Virus record (IMG/VR): IMGVR_UViG_641201006_000001
Span: 128,001 to 192,000 of that record
Length of the DNA stretch: 64,000 nt
Origin: a virus
Taxonomy: Duplodnaviria > Caudoviricetes
Direction: 5' to 3' (one strand)
The position numbers and the translations under genes are program-made. Positions 48,382-56,862 of the stretch are shown piece by piece. The notes under the pieces were generated by a model. The model was not told the origin of the DNA. It saw only the letters and a list, made by a program, of their open reading frames with translations, and searched no databases. Position 1 is the first letter of the stretch, and each line of letters opens with the position of its first letter.

Positions 48382-48759
48382 TTACTTAATTTCAAGAGAC
48401 AACTTCATGTAGGTATCAAAGCCCATCTCGATGTCAAAGAATGCACCGTATTCAGTTGTCGTGTAGCTAACCGTTTCTGTATTGAATAGCAACGGTAATA
48501 CATGGTTTAAGTTTGTAGATGGGTCTGTATCTAACCCTTCACGCTTCATAATCTCTTCTGCCTTTGGCGTTACATATCCATAATGTAATTCCACATTATC
48601 TACTTCAGCAGAATAGACCAAATCCACTTTTACAATACCTTTCGTGCGAACGAAAGTAGAAGCTAGAGCTTCAATCATCCCTTGTAAATCATTATGTGTT
48701 AAGCTGATTTGTACCTTGTCAGCTTTAATCAGAGTGCCAAGTCTGTTTGTATATGCCAT
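48382..48759 (-). CDS. Hypothetical protein
   Basis: Start MAYTNR after AGGAGG. Confidence 0.65.
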   Translation of the reverse strand: MAYTNRLGTLIKADKVQISLTHNDLQGMIEALASTFVRTKGIVKVDLVYSAEVDNVELHYGYVTPKAEEIMKREGLDTDPSTNLNHVLPLLFNTETVSYTTTEYGAFFDIEMGFDTYMKLSLEIK

Positions 48760-48770
48760 GCTATAACCTC

Positions 48771-49307
48771 CTACCATAGTACGTAATCGTCTTTTAAATG
48801 AACGAGTTTCTTCGATAATAAATGACCGATTACATTTGTTCCGCCTACAAAGAATCTCACTACTTTCCATTCATCATTCTCAACAACAATGGAGTAGATA
48901 TAAGCGTCTTGTCTATCCAAGATATAATTTGTTTCATCTCTTGTTAAGATGTAATTGTTACTATTTAATCCCTTGAATGCTTTTCTCGGAATTAAATCTG
49001 CTTCGTGCATAAAGTCCTGTATATTATCCACTGTCGGTGCAGATGATTTCACCGGTGGTTCAGGCTTCTTGTATTCAATTATTTCCGGTACAACTTCGTA
49101 CGCTTTTAAATATGATATTGGAAGGTTCTCACTATGTGCGACAGACTTCATGGCTTCATGTACTGACCTCGCCTGTATCTTCTTTAGCAAGATTTCCGTA
49201 TCAAACGGTTCATTTGCTTCTGTTGTATTACCTTTGTCATCGACATCGTAAATACGAGCGTCTGCATACTTTTCATCCACCATGACTAGATATGTCTTCA
49301 CAATCAT
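48771..49307 (-). CDS. Hypothetical two-domain protein
   Basis: N-domain similar to 28165-28647; C-domain similar to 49348-49788. Confidence 0.65.
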   Translation of the reverse strand: MIVKTYLVMVDEKYADARIYDVDDKGNTTEANEPFDTEILLKKIQARSVHEAMKSVAHSENLPISYLKAYEVVPEIIEYKKPEPPVKSSAPTVDNIQDFMHEADLIPRKAFKGLNSNNYILTRDETNYILDRQDAYIYSIVVENDEWKVVRFFVGGTNVIGHLLSKKLVHLKDDYVLW

Positions 49308-49347
49308 CCCTCCTTGTTACTTATAGTGTTACCAAATGTAATGCTAA

Positions 49348-49788
49348 TTATGCAGCAAACTCTACATAAAATTCATTCATGTCTACCTTCGCTGCACCTA
49401 CAAGATACCCAATCACACCATTCGTATTAATCGTGTCATCAGATACAATCCAGTGACCGTGTATATTTTCTTTCACGGCATAGAATCTCAATGTACGACC
49501 TGCTTCTACAGATAACACCTGTACATGGTCGAGTGTGTGAAGATACTGTGCATTACCAGGAACACGGTCAGTCTTACGAAGAAGATTCGCGGCTATAATG
49601 AAATCTTCAAATGACATGTCGGTACGATCATCGTTACCCTCTTCCATCATTGCGTTGATAGTGTTTAACATCCTATCTTTGACAGCATCATCTATACCCA
49701 TTTCACCATCGAAATACTCGTCCTCATAATCAAAATCCATATCCTCATTAACTTGCGGATTCATCTTCATCACCTTCATCGTCTCCAC
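49348..49788 (-). CDS. Hypothetical protein
   Basis: ORF; exact start uncertain. Confidence 0.6.
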   Translation of the reverse strand: METMKVMKMNPQVNEDMDFDYEDEYFDGEMGIDDAVKDRMLNTINAMMEEGNDDRTDMSFEDFIIAANLLRKTDRVPGNAQYLHTLDHVQVLSVEAGRTLRFYAVKENIHGHWIVSDDTINTNGVIGYLVGAAKVDMNEFYVEFAA

Positions 49789-49996
49789 AAATTACTAAAT
49801 GGAAGTATTCTTCTGTAACCAGTTTATCCATTGTTGTTTCATGCGTACATGTGTAACATTCAACGTCTGTCGGTTGTAGTTCTTCTGTTGGGCTGACATT
49901 AATTGTCTTACCGCTTCCATCACATACAACAACGGCTGTCATATTTTTGTGGTACTTAAATATTCCACCGCCACATTCCGGGCATACTTTTGTCAT
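49748..49996 (-). CDS. Small zinc-ribbon protein
   Basis: CPECGG...CYTC; GGAGG RBS. Confidence 0.7.
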   Translation of the reverse strand: MTKVCPECGGGIFKYHKNMTAVVVCDGSGKTINVSPTEELQPTDVECYTCTHETTMDKLVTEEYFHLVICGDDEGDEDESAS

Positions 49997-50099
49997 ACAA
50001 ATCTAACCTCCTCTGGTTCTTACCACTGGTTATCTATATGAACTAGGGCATTACCCTAGAGAATCTACGTAATAGTGCGTGCGAACGCACAAAAGATGT

Positions 50100-50507
50100 T
50101 TAAAACATGTGTCTTCCTTTACGTTTTGCTTCCTTCATCGCCTTACGTCGTGCTTCACGATTTTGATATAGTTCAACCGGGTACTTCATTGATTCGTTTA
50201 TCTTTTCTATAAACTGTTCATCTAAACTTTGTGCAACTCTTGGAGCAGCGATAATTTCAATTTGCTCCTGTATATCCTGCAATACGATATGGTTACTTAT
50301 CTTCGCTAATTCCGCCATTGCCTCAGGACTTAATTTACCACTTTGAGAACCAACAACGATGTATTTCTTTTCTTTTTCATTTATTTCTGATATTCCTTCA
50401 TAAAACGCCTCTAATGCATCAGGATCCATTCGGCCACTCGCATCATCAACGATGATTAATTGCTCTCTTTCCACGGTTCTCCCTCGCTTCTTTACGGCGT
50501 TGCGCAC
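50100..50507 (-). CDS. Hypothetical protein
   Basis: ORF; start probably at the internal GTG (VEREQL). Confidence 0.6.
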   Translation of the reverse strand: MRNAVKKRGRTVEREQLIIVDDASGRMDPDALEAFYEGISEINEKEKKYIVVGSQSGKLSPEAMAELAKISNHIVLQDIQEQIEIIAAPRVAQSLDEQFIEKINESMKYPVELYQNREARRKAMKEAKRKGRHMF

Positions 50508-50736
50508 GGTTCTTAAAATTCATCGCATCAATTTGACGTTGCTCTGCTAAGACCATCGCTTCTTGCCATCCATGTAAATGTACATCACTCGGATCAACCG
50601 CAAGCATTTTGCCTCGTCCTCCTGTTGCACCAAACATTTCAACAACAACACCTTTTGGTATGTTTAGATAAGAATAGGCAGCGGAGTGTGCCGGATTAAA
50701 CCCGACAACACCCGTGCCTATAGAACGCCTCATCAC
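50446..50736 (-). CDS. Hypothetical protein
   Basis: ORF with GTGA overlap. Confidence 0.6.
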   Translation of the reverse strand: MMRRSIGTGVVGFNPAHSAAYSYLNIPKGVVVEMFGATGGRGKMLAVDPSDVHLHGWQEAMVLAEQRQIDAMNFKNRAQRRKEARENRGKRAINHR

Positions 50737-51236
50737 TTCGCCACCAGATGCGCCATATCTTTTGCATCTGTCGCTTTGATTTCGATTTCTTCTGTGCGGT
50801 CAAACTCTTCATCCGTTAATGCCATGAACTGAATCATAGCAGGTTTGAATTGTCGCCACGCACCACGTTCATGACACCATGCGACAACTTGACCATTCTT
50901 CCAATTGTGAGGTTCAATTAAACGTTTTGATATACCGCCTTTTGCATCTTTGTATTCAATCGCTAACTTCTTACGTTGCGTTGCACTCATTACAATATAA
51001 GCGATAAACATCGACGGGTCATCTGTTTGTAGGTCGGAAGTATTTGCCACTTTTGTAGACTCTCCCGGCTTCTCGTATGACTTCTCGATGTTGGTGTTGA
51101 TGAACGCTTTATACATGTTCGCCATCACACCGTCTGGATCGTTTTCCTTTTCTACTTTGTATGCTTCCACCATAAGTTTCTGAATACGACTAAGCTGTCT
51201 ATATTCAACTCCGTTATCTGCCACTAATCTCATCAA
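50733..51236 (-). CDS. WYL-domain protein
   Basis: LAIEYKDAKGGISKRLIEP...VAWCHERGAWRQFKPAMI. Confidence 0.8.
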   Translation of the reverse strand: MMRLVADNGVEYRQLSRIQKLMVEAYKVEKENDPDGVMANMYKAFINTNIEKSYEKPGESTKVANTSDLQTDDPSMFIAYIVMSATQRKKLAIEYKDAKGGISKRLIEPHNWKNGQVVAWCHERGAWRQFKPAMIQFMALTDEEFDRTEEIEIKATDAKDMAHLVAK

Positions 51237-51684
51237 ACTTCGCCTCCTGTAATGTATCTTGGAACTCCATTAAATAATACGATGCAATTTGTGCTGGCAA
51301 GAAGCCCTCGTCCGGGCGTTCTGTCACATACTTGCTATATGATTTTAGTAAGAAACGTAACTGCATTTCATTACAGTCCTTCCAATTTCTCGGCCAGTTT
51401 TGTTTTGGATGAACATTCATATCCATTAGGTACTCATCTAGGTAACCATGACTTAATGCTTCTTTAATTACATCTTCATGATATGCTAGTGTATCTTTAC
51501 CCGGCTTCTTGCCGTAGTTTGGTAAATCACGCACATCGAATGTCTCCATTTCAGGCTCATCTACAACCTGATAGTTGTATTTCATCTTCTCTTCTAATTC
51601 ATCATGCATATAAGAATGAAAGATGGTAATGCCTCCATAGACGGTTAACACTTCTGCTGGTACACGTTTAGATATATACGGCAT
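51214..51684 (-). CDS. Hypothetical protein
   Basis: ORF with TAATG coupling. Confidence 0.65.
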   Translation of the reverse strand: MPYISKRVPAEVLTVYGGITIFHSYMHDELEEKMKYNYQVVDEPEMETFDVRDLPNYGKKPGKDTLAYHEDVIKEALSHGYLDEYLMDMNVHPKQNWPRNWKDCNEMQLRFLLKSYSKYVTERPDEGFLPAQIASYYLMEFQDTLQEAKFDEISGR

Positions 51685-52031
51685 TATTCAACACTCATTT
51701 CCGGATATAGTTTCGTTGCTGACTCAAAGATGGCATTATTACGTGGATCAGAATCATTCATGAGTTTATCAGCAGCATGTTTCGCAATCGCAACCATCTG
51801 CTCTTTTGTATACTCACCGTTTTGGAATACGTTCTCTACTTCCGATAAAATGTCCATGTAGTCATAACGTACATGTCCATCGAACGGGAAAACTTCTACA
51901 CTTTGCACTTCTGCATTAGGCCCCCATGCACCTTCGATACCTGCTTGCACGCCTTTACAAAGACTAGAATCCGAAATCATATCTACTTTATCTAATGTCA
52001 TTGCCACAAGAAATGTCTTCTTCATTACCAC
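51684..52031 (-). CDS. Hypothetical protein
   Basis: ORF in operon. Confidence 0.65.
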   Translation of the reverse strand: MVMKKTFLVAMTLDKVDMISDSSLCKGVQAGIEGAWGPNAEVQSVEVFPFDGHVRYDYMDILSEVENVFQNGEYTKEQMVAIAKHAADKLMNDSDPRNNAIFESATKLYPEMSVE

Positions 52032-52492
52032 TTCATCCCCTCTTTTGGCGTATATTCTTTTATATTATGCATCGCCGTTTTTGCCTTCTCCATCCCTCCG
52101 CTTACACGTTCATGAAGATATTCATTATGTTGATTATTGATATGACTTGTAATGGTTGCTATATTTTCGTTCGCCATACTCACGGCATCAATCAATCCAT
52201 TAATCGCTCGCTCCATATGCGCAAGTGACATACGAGTATTCCGTACTCGTTCAACTTCTATTTCATCATTGAGTGCAACATTCGCTTCACGAGCTAGTTG
52301 CGAAAGTTCCCACTCACCCATTGCTTGAATGACTTTATTGGATACGATAGGTCGATAGTTCTTTTGTATATCTGTATTTTGAAAGGCTTTCTGCAACTGA
52401 TACAATTCTTCTTCTGTTGCATTTAGCATCGTAATAAATAACGTAGGTCTGTCCGATAAACTTACAGGACTTGTTTGATTAATTTCTTCCAC
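52025..52492 (-). CDS. Hypothetical coiled-coil protein
   Basis: ORF in operon. Confidence 0.65.
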   Translation of the reverse strand: MEEINQTSPVSLSDRPTLFITMLNATEEELYQLQKAFQNTDIQKNYRPIVSNKVIQAMGEWELSQLAREANVALNDEIEVERVRNTRMSLAHMERAINGLIDAVSMANENIATITSHINNQHNEYLHERVSGGMEKAKTAMHNIKEYTPKEGMKW

Positions 52493-53226
52493 TCTTCGTC
52501 ATCCTCCAATACCTTGACTACTTCAAAGTTCGTTGCTTCCATGCGTGCCTTCATCCAGTTTAATGTTAAGATGATATTCTTCATTGCATCTTCTAAGGAT
52601 TGCACTTGGTTATCTACAGCTTCGATACCTACCCTATCATTACCACGAACTGCTTCATTACGAAGATTTGTTAACCTATCGAAATGACGTTGAAACTGGT
52701 CAGATGAACTCATCTCTAGATTTACATCCACATACATATGGTCGGGTTTATACACATCCCAACGTATTCCTGTTACCCACGGTATCATTGTTCTAATACT
52801 ATGCGGGTTGCCATACCCGTTTAGTGTATACCCATAAGTCACTTGTGTGAGTTCATCAAATATCTTCCACTGCGTTGACTCATCCAGTGCCAATGCAGAT
52901 GGTGGTAATGCAAGGTCATCCTTGATTGTTAACTCTAAATCAACACAATACGTTTCACTCTTACTAGGGTCGATTTCGAAGTTATAAAAGCAATGCATAA
53001 GGTCTTCCTCTTCGAATAGACTGCCCGAACCTGCATCTACCTGTAATGGTCGTACATACTGCATATCTGTAAAGTTTACAATTGCTTCGGGGAATGCAAT
53101 GAGTAATGCGCCATTTTGATTATTCTCATAAATGAATCCCCTTGATCCACACTCGACACCAATATTGTTTTCACCATTGGGCCAAAAGTCCTGACTTGCT
53201 TCTACCCAGTTCTTTAAGTGAATCAT
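52462..53226 (-). CDS. Hypothetical protein
   Basis: 254 aa ORF. Confidence 0.7.
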   Translation of the reverse strand: MIHLKNWVEASQDFWPNGENNIGVECGSRGFIYENNQNGALLIAFPEAIVNFTDMQYVRPLQVDAGSGSLFEEEDLMHCFYNFEIDPSKSETYCVDLELTIKDDLALPPSALALDESTQWKIFDELTQVTYGYTLNGYGNPHSIRTMIPWVTGIRWDVYKPDHMYVDVNLEMSSSDQFQRHFDRLTNLRNEAVRGNDRVGIEAVDNQVQSLEDAMKNIILTLNWMKARMEATNFEVVKVLEDDEEWKKLIKQVL

Positions 53227-53382
53227 TTAGCACGCCACCCTTCCTCGCTGTGCTGTACTGCTGATAATTGCAGTTGGTTCCTTCGCTAACAACTTTTGGT
53301 CTGCCTCACCTGTTGTTTTAGCGTATATAAAATCTGAATGTGGATAACCATCCACGTAATACTTAATGTAATACTCAAACAT
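53227..53382 (-). CDS. Small hypothetical protein
   Basis: Start MFEYY after AGGAGG. Confidence 0.6.
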   Translation of the reverse strand: MFEYYIKYYVDGYPHSDFIYAKTTGEADQKLLAKEPTAIISSTAQRGRVAC

Positions 53383-53407
53383 GACTACTAACCTCCTTTT
53401 GTCGTAC

Positions 53408-53430
53408 AAAAAGAGCCGTGCGAACGGCTC
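53408..53430 (-). terminator. Terminator with CGTTCGCACG apex
   Basis: GAGC-CGTTCGCACG-GCTC followed by TTTTT. Confidence 0.75.
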
Positions 53431-53452
53431 CCTGATTTTACATGACTAAGCG

Positions 53453-53731
53453 TTATCCGATTGCTGGATAATTATCTCTTACGAACTCTGAAATGAAGTA
53501 TGGTGTTTCTTCTTTTGTATCGTTAGCAAGATAGAATCCCATTTCTTCTTCACCACTATCTGGATTATAGATGTACTGCACGGTTGTTTGACAGATGTCA
53601 TATGCCTTTTCATCCGCTACATCTAAGAACTGATAGAACAGTGTCTCATCGTCCGCTAATTGAATCTTTAATGCCAATGTATTTGTAATGCTAGATGTTG
53701 CCGTGTTATCCCCTTGTAGTACAGCCGCCAT
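53453..53731 (-). CDS. Hypothetical protein
   Basis: AAGGAG RBS; preceded by a copy of the repeated promoter-like motif. Confidence 0.65.
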   Translation of the reverse strand: MAAVLQGDNTATSSITNTLALKIQLADDETLFYQFLDVADEKAYDICQTTVQYIYNPDSGEEEMGFYLANDTKEETPYFISEFVRDNYPAIG

Positions 53732-53781
53732 ACGACCACTCCTTTGCTATGTTACTTTTAGTATTACCATTTGAAATACTC

Positions 53782-54210
53782 TTATGCATGTTGTGGTAAA
53801 TAATTCTCATGCTCCGCCATGACCTGCTGACGGTACTTGCTATGTGGCTTAAACCAAACATCATAGACCATCTTTCTAAGTCTCCGGTCACCGAATAACC
53901 GTGCTGGTGGTACTGGTCGTTTCTCGTCGATATACATTGTTACTAATGTTCTGTCACGATTATCCACGACAATGTTCCATTCGTGATAATATCGTACTTC
54001 GGTGTGTTCTGTATCGCCGGGTCTACCGTAGATTGAGAACAACAGCATGTAGTTCGCTCGTTTTGTTAACTCTGCGCTACCTACCTTCTGAAATCTTTTA
54101 CGTGCTTGTTTCTTTTTCGTAGCCTCTGCCATACGTTGACGGAAGCGGTCTTCAAAGTGTTCACTTGCTTCGTAATACGTTGTTTGATAGTAGTACCGTC
54201 TTTTTACCAT
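53782..54210 (-). CDS. Hypothetical basic protein
   Basis: Start MVKRRY after GAGGAGGTG; SEHFEDRFRQR motif. Confidence 0.65.
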   Translation of the reverse strand: MVKRRYYYQTTYYEASEHFEDRFRQRMAEATKKKQARKRFQKVGSAELTKRANYMLLFSIYGRPGDTEHTEVRYYHEWNIVVDNRDRTLVTMYIDEKRPVPPARLFGDRRLRKMVYDVWFKPHSKYRQQVMAEHENYLPQHA

Positions 54211-54237
54211 ATCTCTCACCTCCTCTATAGTATAAAG

Positions 54238-54267
54238 CAAAAGACACGGCATAAGTCACCGTGTCTT
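54238..54267 (-). terminator. Terminator ending the non-coding unit
   Basis: AAGACACGG-N9-CCGTGTCTT followed by TTGCTTT. Confidence 0.7.
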
Positions 54268-54559
54268 GCTGTAAGCGAGGAATAAGTTATCGAACCATCC
54301 TCATTATAACATCGTGAAATACTGTATAACAGGTACAATATTTTACAATATCATACGTTTTTATCCATCAACCGAATAACCGTATCCTCCGTTCTGTTCG
54401 CGACCATACTAGGATTCCTCGAATTATTATGTATCAGAAATGGGTACACGATAAACCAACCCTTGTTACCCATTAGGATGAGCCAATCTAAAAAGGGCGA
54501 AAAGCAAATGCTCATTCAATACACGATACGCTCATATACTCAATGAGAATTTGATATAG

Positions 54560-54673
54560 TGCAACGGGCAGGATTCGAACCTGCGACTTTCTGTATACTC
54601 CGGTGACCTCTGTCATGAGCAGTAGTGACCCATCTCCGTATACAGACTGTTTTACCCCTAAACTACCGGAAGC
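54560..54673 (-). ncRNA. tRNA-like RNA with greatly extended anticodon arm (114 nt)
   Basis: D arm GTTT/AAAC; perfect T arm GCAGG-TTCGAAT-CCTGC; 9-bp TCTGTATAC/GTATACAGA stem enclosing 39 nt; mismatched acceptor stem; no CCA. Confidence 0.65.
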
Positions 54674-55118
54674 ATGGAGAAGAGATACTATGCAGTGCAT
54701 CCCTTCAACAGTGTGTAAAATTTACATAACGATGAATCGGTTAAAGTCATCGTGACATTTTAGCGAGCCTATCGGTTAAATATGGCTCTTGTGGTGGGCT
54801 TTGCCCATGATATAAAAAGGAGAGGATATTTCACCTCTCCGCTCCGAGTCATGTGATCCTATACAAATAACTCATAAGACTAAACTAACAATAATCGTAG
54901 AACCCAATACCAATAATAACCTATAGATAGAGACTAACACTTTGAAACCAATTAATATTTTTAGCTAATTAGACCATTGAAAATTAATGAGATACAAAAA
55001 ACATAGCCAACATATCAAGGCAGGTGTGATTTGCTTTGGAGATAGAAATTTAGGCGGGCATTACGCCCATAGGAGGGAACACACGCAGGACTCCCCAGTT
55101 CTCGTGCATTCGCCTTTA

Positions 55119-55193
55119 GGTCATCATGTAAGGTTTCGAACCCCATTCTCTGACATTGTTAGGTCAGCGCTTTACCTATTAAGCTACGATGAC
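55119..55193 (-). tRNA. Aberrant tRNA (pseudo-tRNA) with 8-nt anticodon loop CTAACAAT
   Basis: Acceptor GTCATCG/TGATGAC, D stem GCTT/AAGC, anticodon stem CTGAC/GTCAG, T loop TTCGAAA, two extra nt before the acceptor 3' strand; no CCA. Confidence 0.7.
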
Positions 55194-55254
55194 ATGAACT
55201 CCGGTTACCCGGAGAACAATATAAATCAGTTTTTGTGTATGTAACGGTAACCTT

Positions 55255-55283
55255 ATTATATAAGGCTTATGTCACAATTGCAA
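55255..55283 (-). promoter_or_regulatory. SigA-type promoter driving the non-coding/tRNA-like region
   Basis: TTGCAA-N17-TATAAT with an A-rich upstream tract. Confidence 0.75.
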
Positions 55284-55299
55284 CACCTTTTTGTAACAT

Positions 55300-56046
55300 T
55301 TATTTATTATGATGATACTCATAATATGGTGTACGTGAACCAGCAATAAAGAAGTTCAAATACGGATCAGGTGTAAGTTCTGCATCCTGCGTCGCACGTC
55401 GTACTTTCATACTCGTACCACAATCATGACAGTTTACTTCTTTGACACCTTCAGGTACGAAATGATTTGCTTCTGTTTTACAACGATTGTTTGGACACTT
55501 GTAGCGTACTTTATATCGCTTCGTGCCGTCACTATCTATTTTGAATCCTGTCTTCGATGGATCGTTCTCTTCTACGACAGGTTCTTCCTTCTTATTCATA
55601 GCAGCCTTCATGCGTTCACCGATTGTTGTACCGAAACCATTTGATTCTTCGTGTACCACTTCTAATGAATCATGTTTCTTGTTTTCTGCTATCGGATTAA
55701 ACGGCTCATATGATTCTGCTATTTCTCTAGCGGCTCTTAGTGCTTGTGGTGGTATATGTTGCACGGGTAAATCAACATCAATATCAGGCATCGTTTGTCG
55801 CTTACTCACACGTTGTGATGGTGATACATATTCCACCTGCATACCCTTCTCTACAATCGTAGGGTCTGAATCACCTAATAGCTTACTGAAATCCATGATA
55901 GGTCGTTCTGCTTGTGCAAATTGGAATGCGTGCATCAATGCTTTCTCTACTGCAAATTGTTTTAGTTGATCGCTTGGATTCGGAATCTCAAGTTTAATCT
56001 CCGGCTCCGATTTAATATGTAGCTTCATTTTCTCTACTGTGTCCAT
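55300..56046 (-). CDS. Hypothetical protein with C-terminal zinc ribbon
   Basis: RYKCPNNRC...CHDC; GAGGAGG before MDTVEK; contains the DnaE-like peptide MPDIDVDLP. Confidence 0.72.
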   Translation of the reverse strand: MDTVEKMKLHIKSEPEIKLEIPNPSDQLKQFAVEKALMHAFQFAQAERPIMDFSKLLGDSDPTIVEKGMQVEYVSPSQRVSKRQTMPDIDVDLPVQHIPPQALRAAREIAESYEPFNPIAENKKHDSLEVVHEESNGFGTTIGERMKAAMNKKEEPVVEENDPSKTGFKIDSDGTKRYKVRYKCPNNRCKTEANHFVPEGVKEVNCHDCGTSMKVRRATQDAELTPDPYLNFFIAGSRTPYYEYHHNK

Positions 56047-56078
56047 TACGGTTCCTCCTCGACAACAGAAAAGGCACT

Positions 56079-56813
56079 CTAATTGAGTACCTTTAACTGC
56101 ACGTTTCGTACACCCCAAGATTCAGATGCTTGAAATGACGGCATTAATAAGTCTACACGATTTCCTTTAATAGCGCCACCGGTATCTAGTGCCATCGCCT
56201 CACCGTATCCTTCCACCCATACTTTACTACCGAGCGGAATGACACTAGGGTCAACGGCAATCACTTTTGCTCCGGGATTCGCTGATAGGTCATACCCTGT
56301 CTTCGTTAATACTCGTCCTCCATATGTACCACCATTTTCACTCGGATGCGCTGTATAAGCCGTAGCCTTTACAGTGAGTGTTCGCCCGCCGTCTGATGGT
56401 GGTATATCACCGGCAGGTTCAGCCTTTTTTGCTTGTAAGTTCTTGACTTCCTTACGAGCGTTGTCTAAGTCAGCTTGTGCTTTAGACAATTCATTTTGGA
56501 GACTGTCAATACGTTCTTTTGACTGTTGCAGTTCTGTTTCTTTATTGTTCAGGCTATTGTCGAGAATGGTTTTCTCTTCTGTCGCCTTTGCAACTTCGTT
56601 CTCCAATCCTGCAATGGTATTATTCTGCGTAGAGACTTTCTTCTCCATAACAGAAATGACTTTCTCCTTTTCGAGAAGCGCCTTGTCGTACTTCTTAAAT
56701 TCGCCTTCTACTTGAAATGCGGAATAGATTACAAAACCTATTGTAAGTATTACTGCGAATAATGTTGCGACTTGGTTCCTATTCATTCGAACAGTCCTTT
56801 CTGAAAATAACAA
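56079..56813 (-). CDS. Membrane-anchored coiled-coil protein with 3D (MltA-like) cell-wall domain
   Basis: TM helix, coiled coil, then ATAYT...IAVDPSVIPLGSKVWVEGYGEAMALDTGGAIKGNRVDL. Confidence 0.88.
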   Translation of the reverse strand: MLFSERTVRMNRNQVATLFAVILTIGFVIYSAFQVEGEFKKYDKALLEKEKVISVMEKKVSTQNNTIAGLENEVAKATEEKTILDNSLNNKETELQQSKERIDSLQNELSKAQADLDNARKEVKNLQAKKAEPAGDIPPSDGGRTLTVKATAYTAHPSENGGTYGGRVLTKTGYDLSANPGAKVIAVDPSVIPLGSKVWVEGYGEAMALDTGGAIKGNRVDLLMPSFQASESWGVRNVQLKVLN

Positions 56814-56862
56814 TAGCCCCCAGTTATGCCGGGGGCAAGGTTACATTCTAGTATAACATACA

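Noticed and set aside
54238-55250. tmRNA interpretation of the non-coding region
   Set aside because: Both tRNA-like units have D stems and lack the GGGG...CCACCA alanine acceptor. No tag reading frame was recognised.
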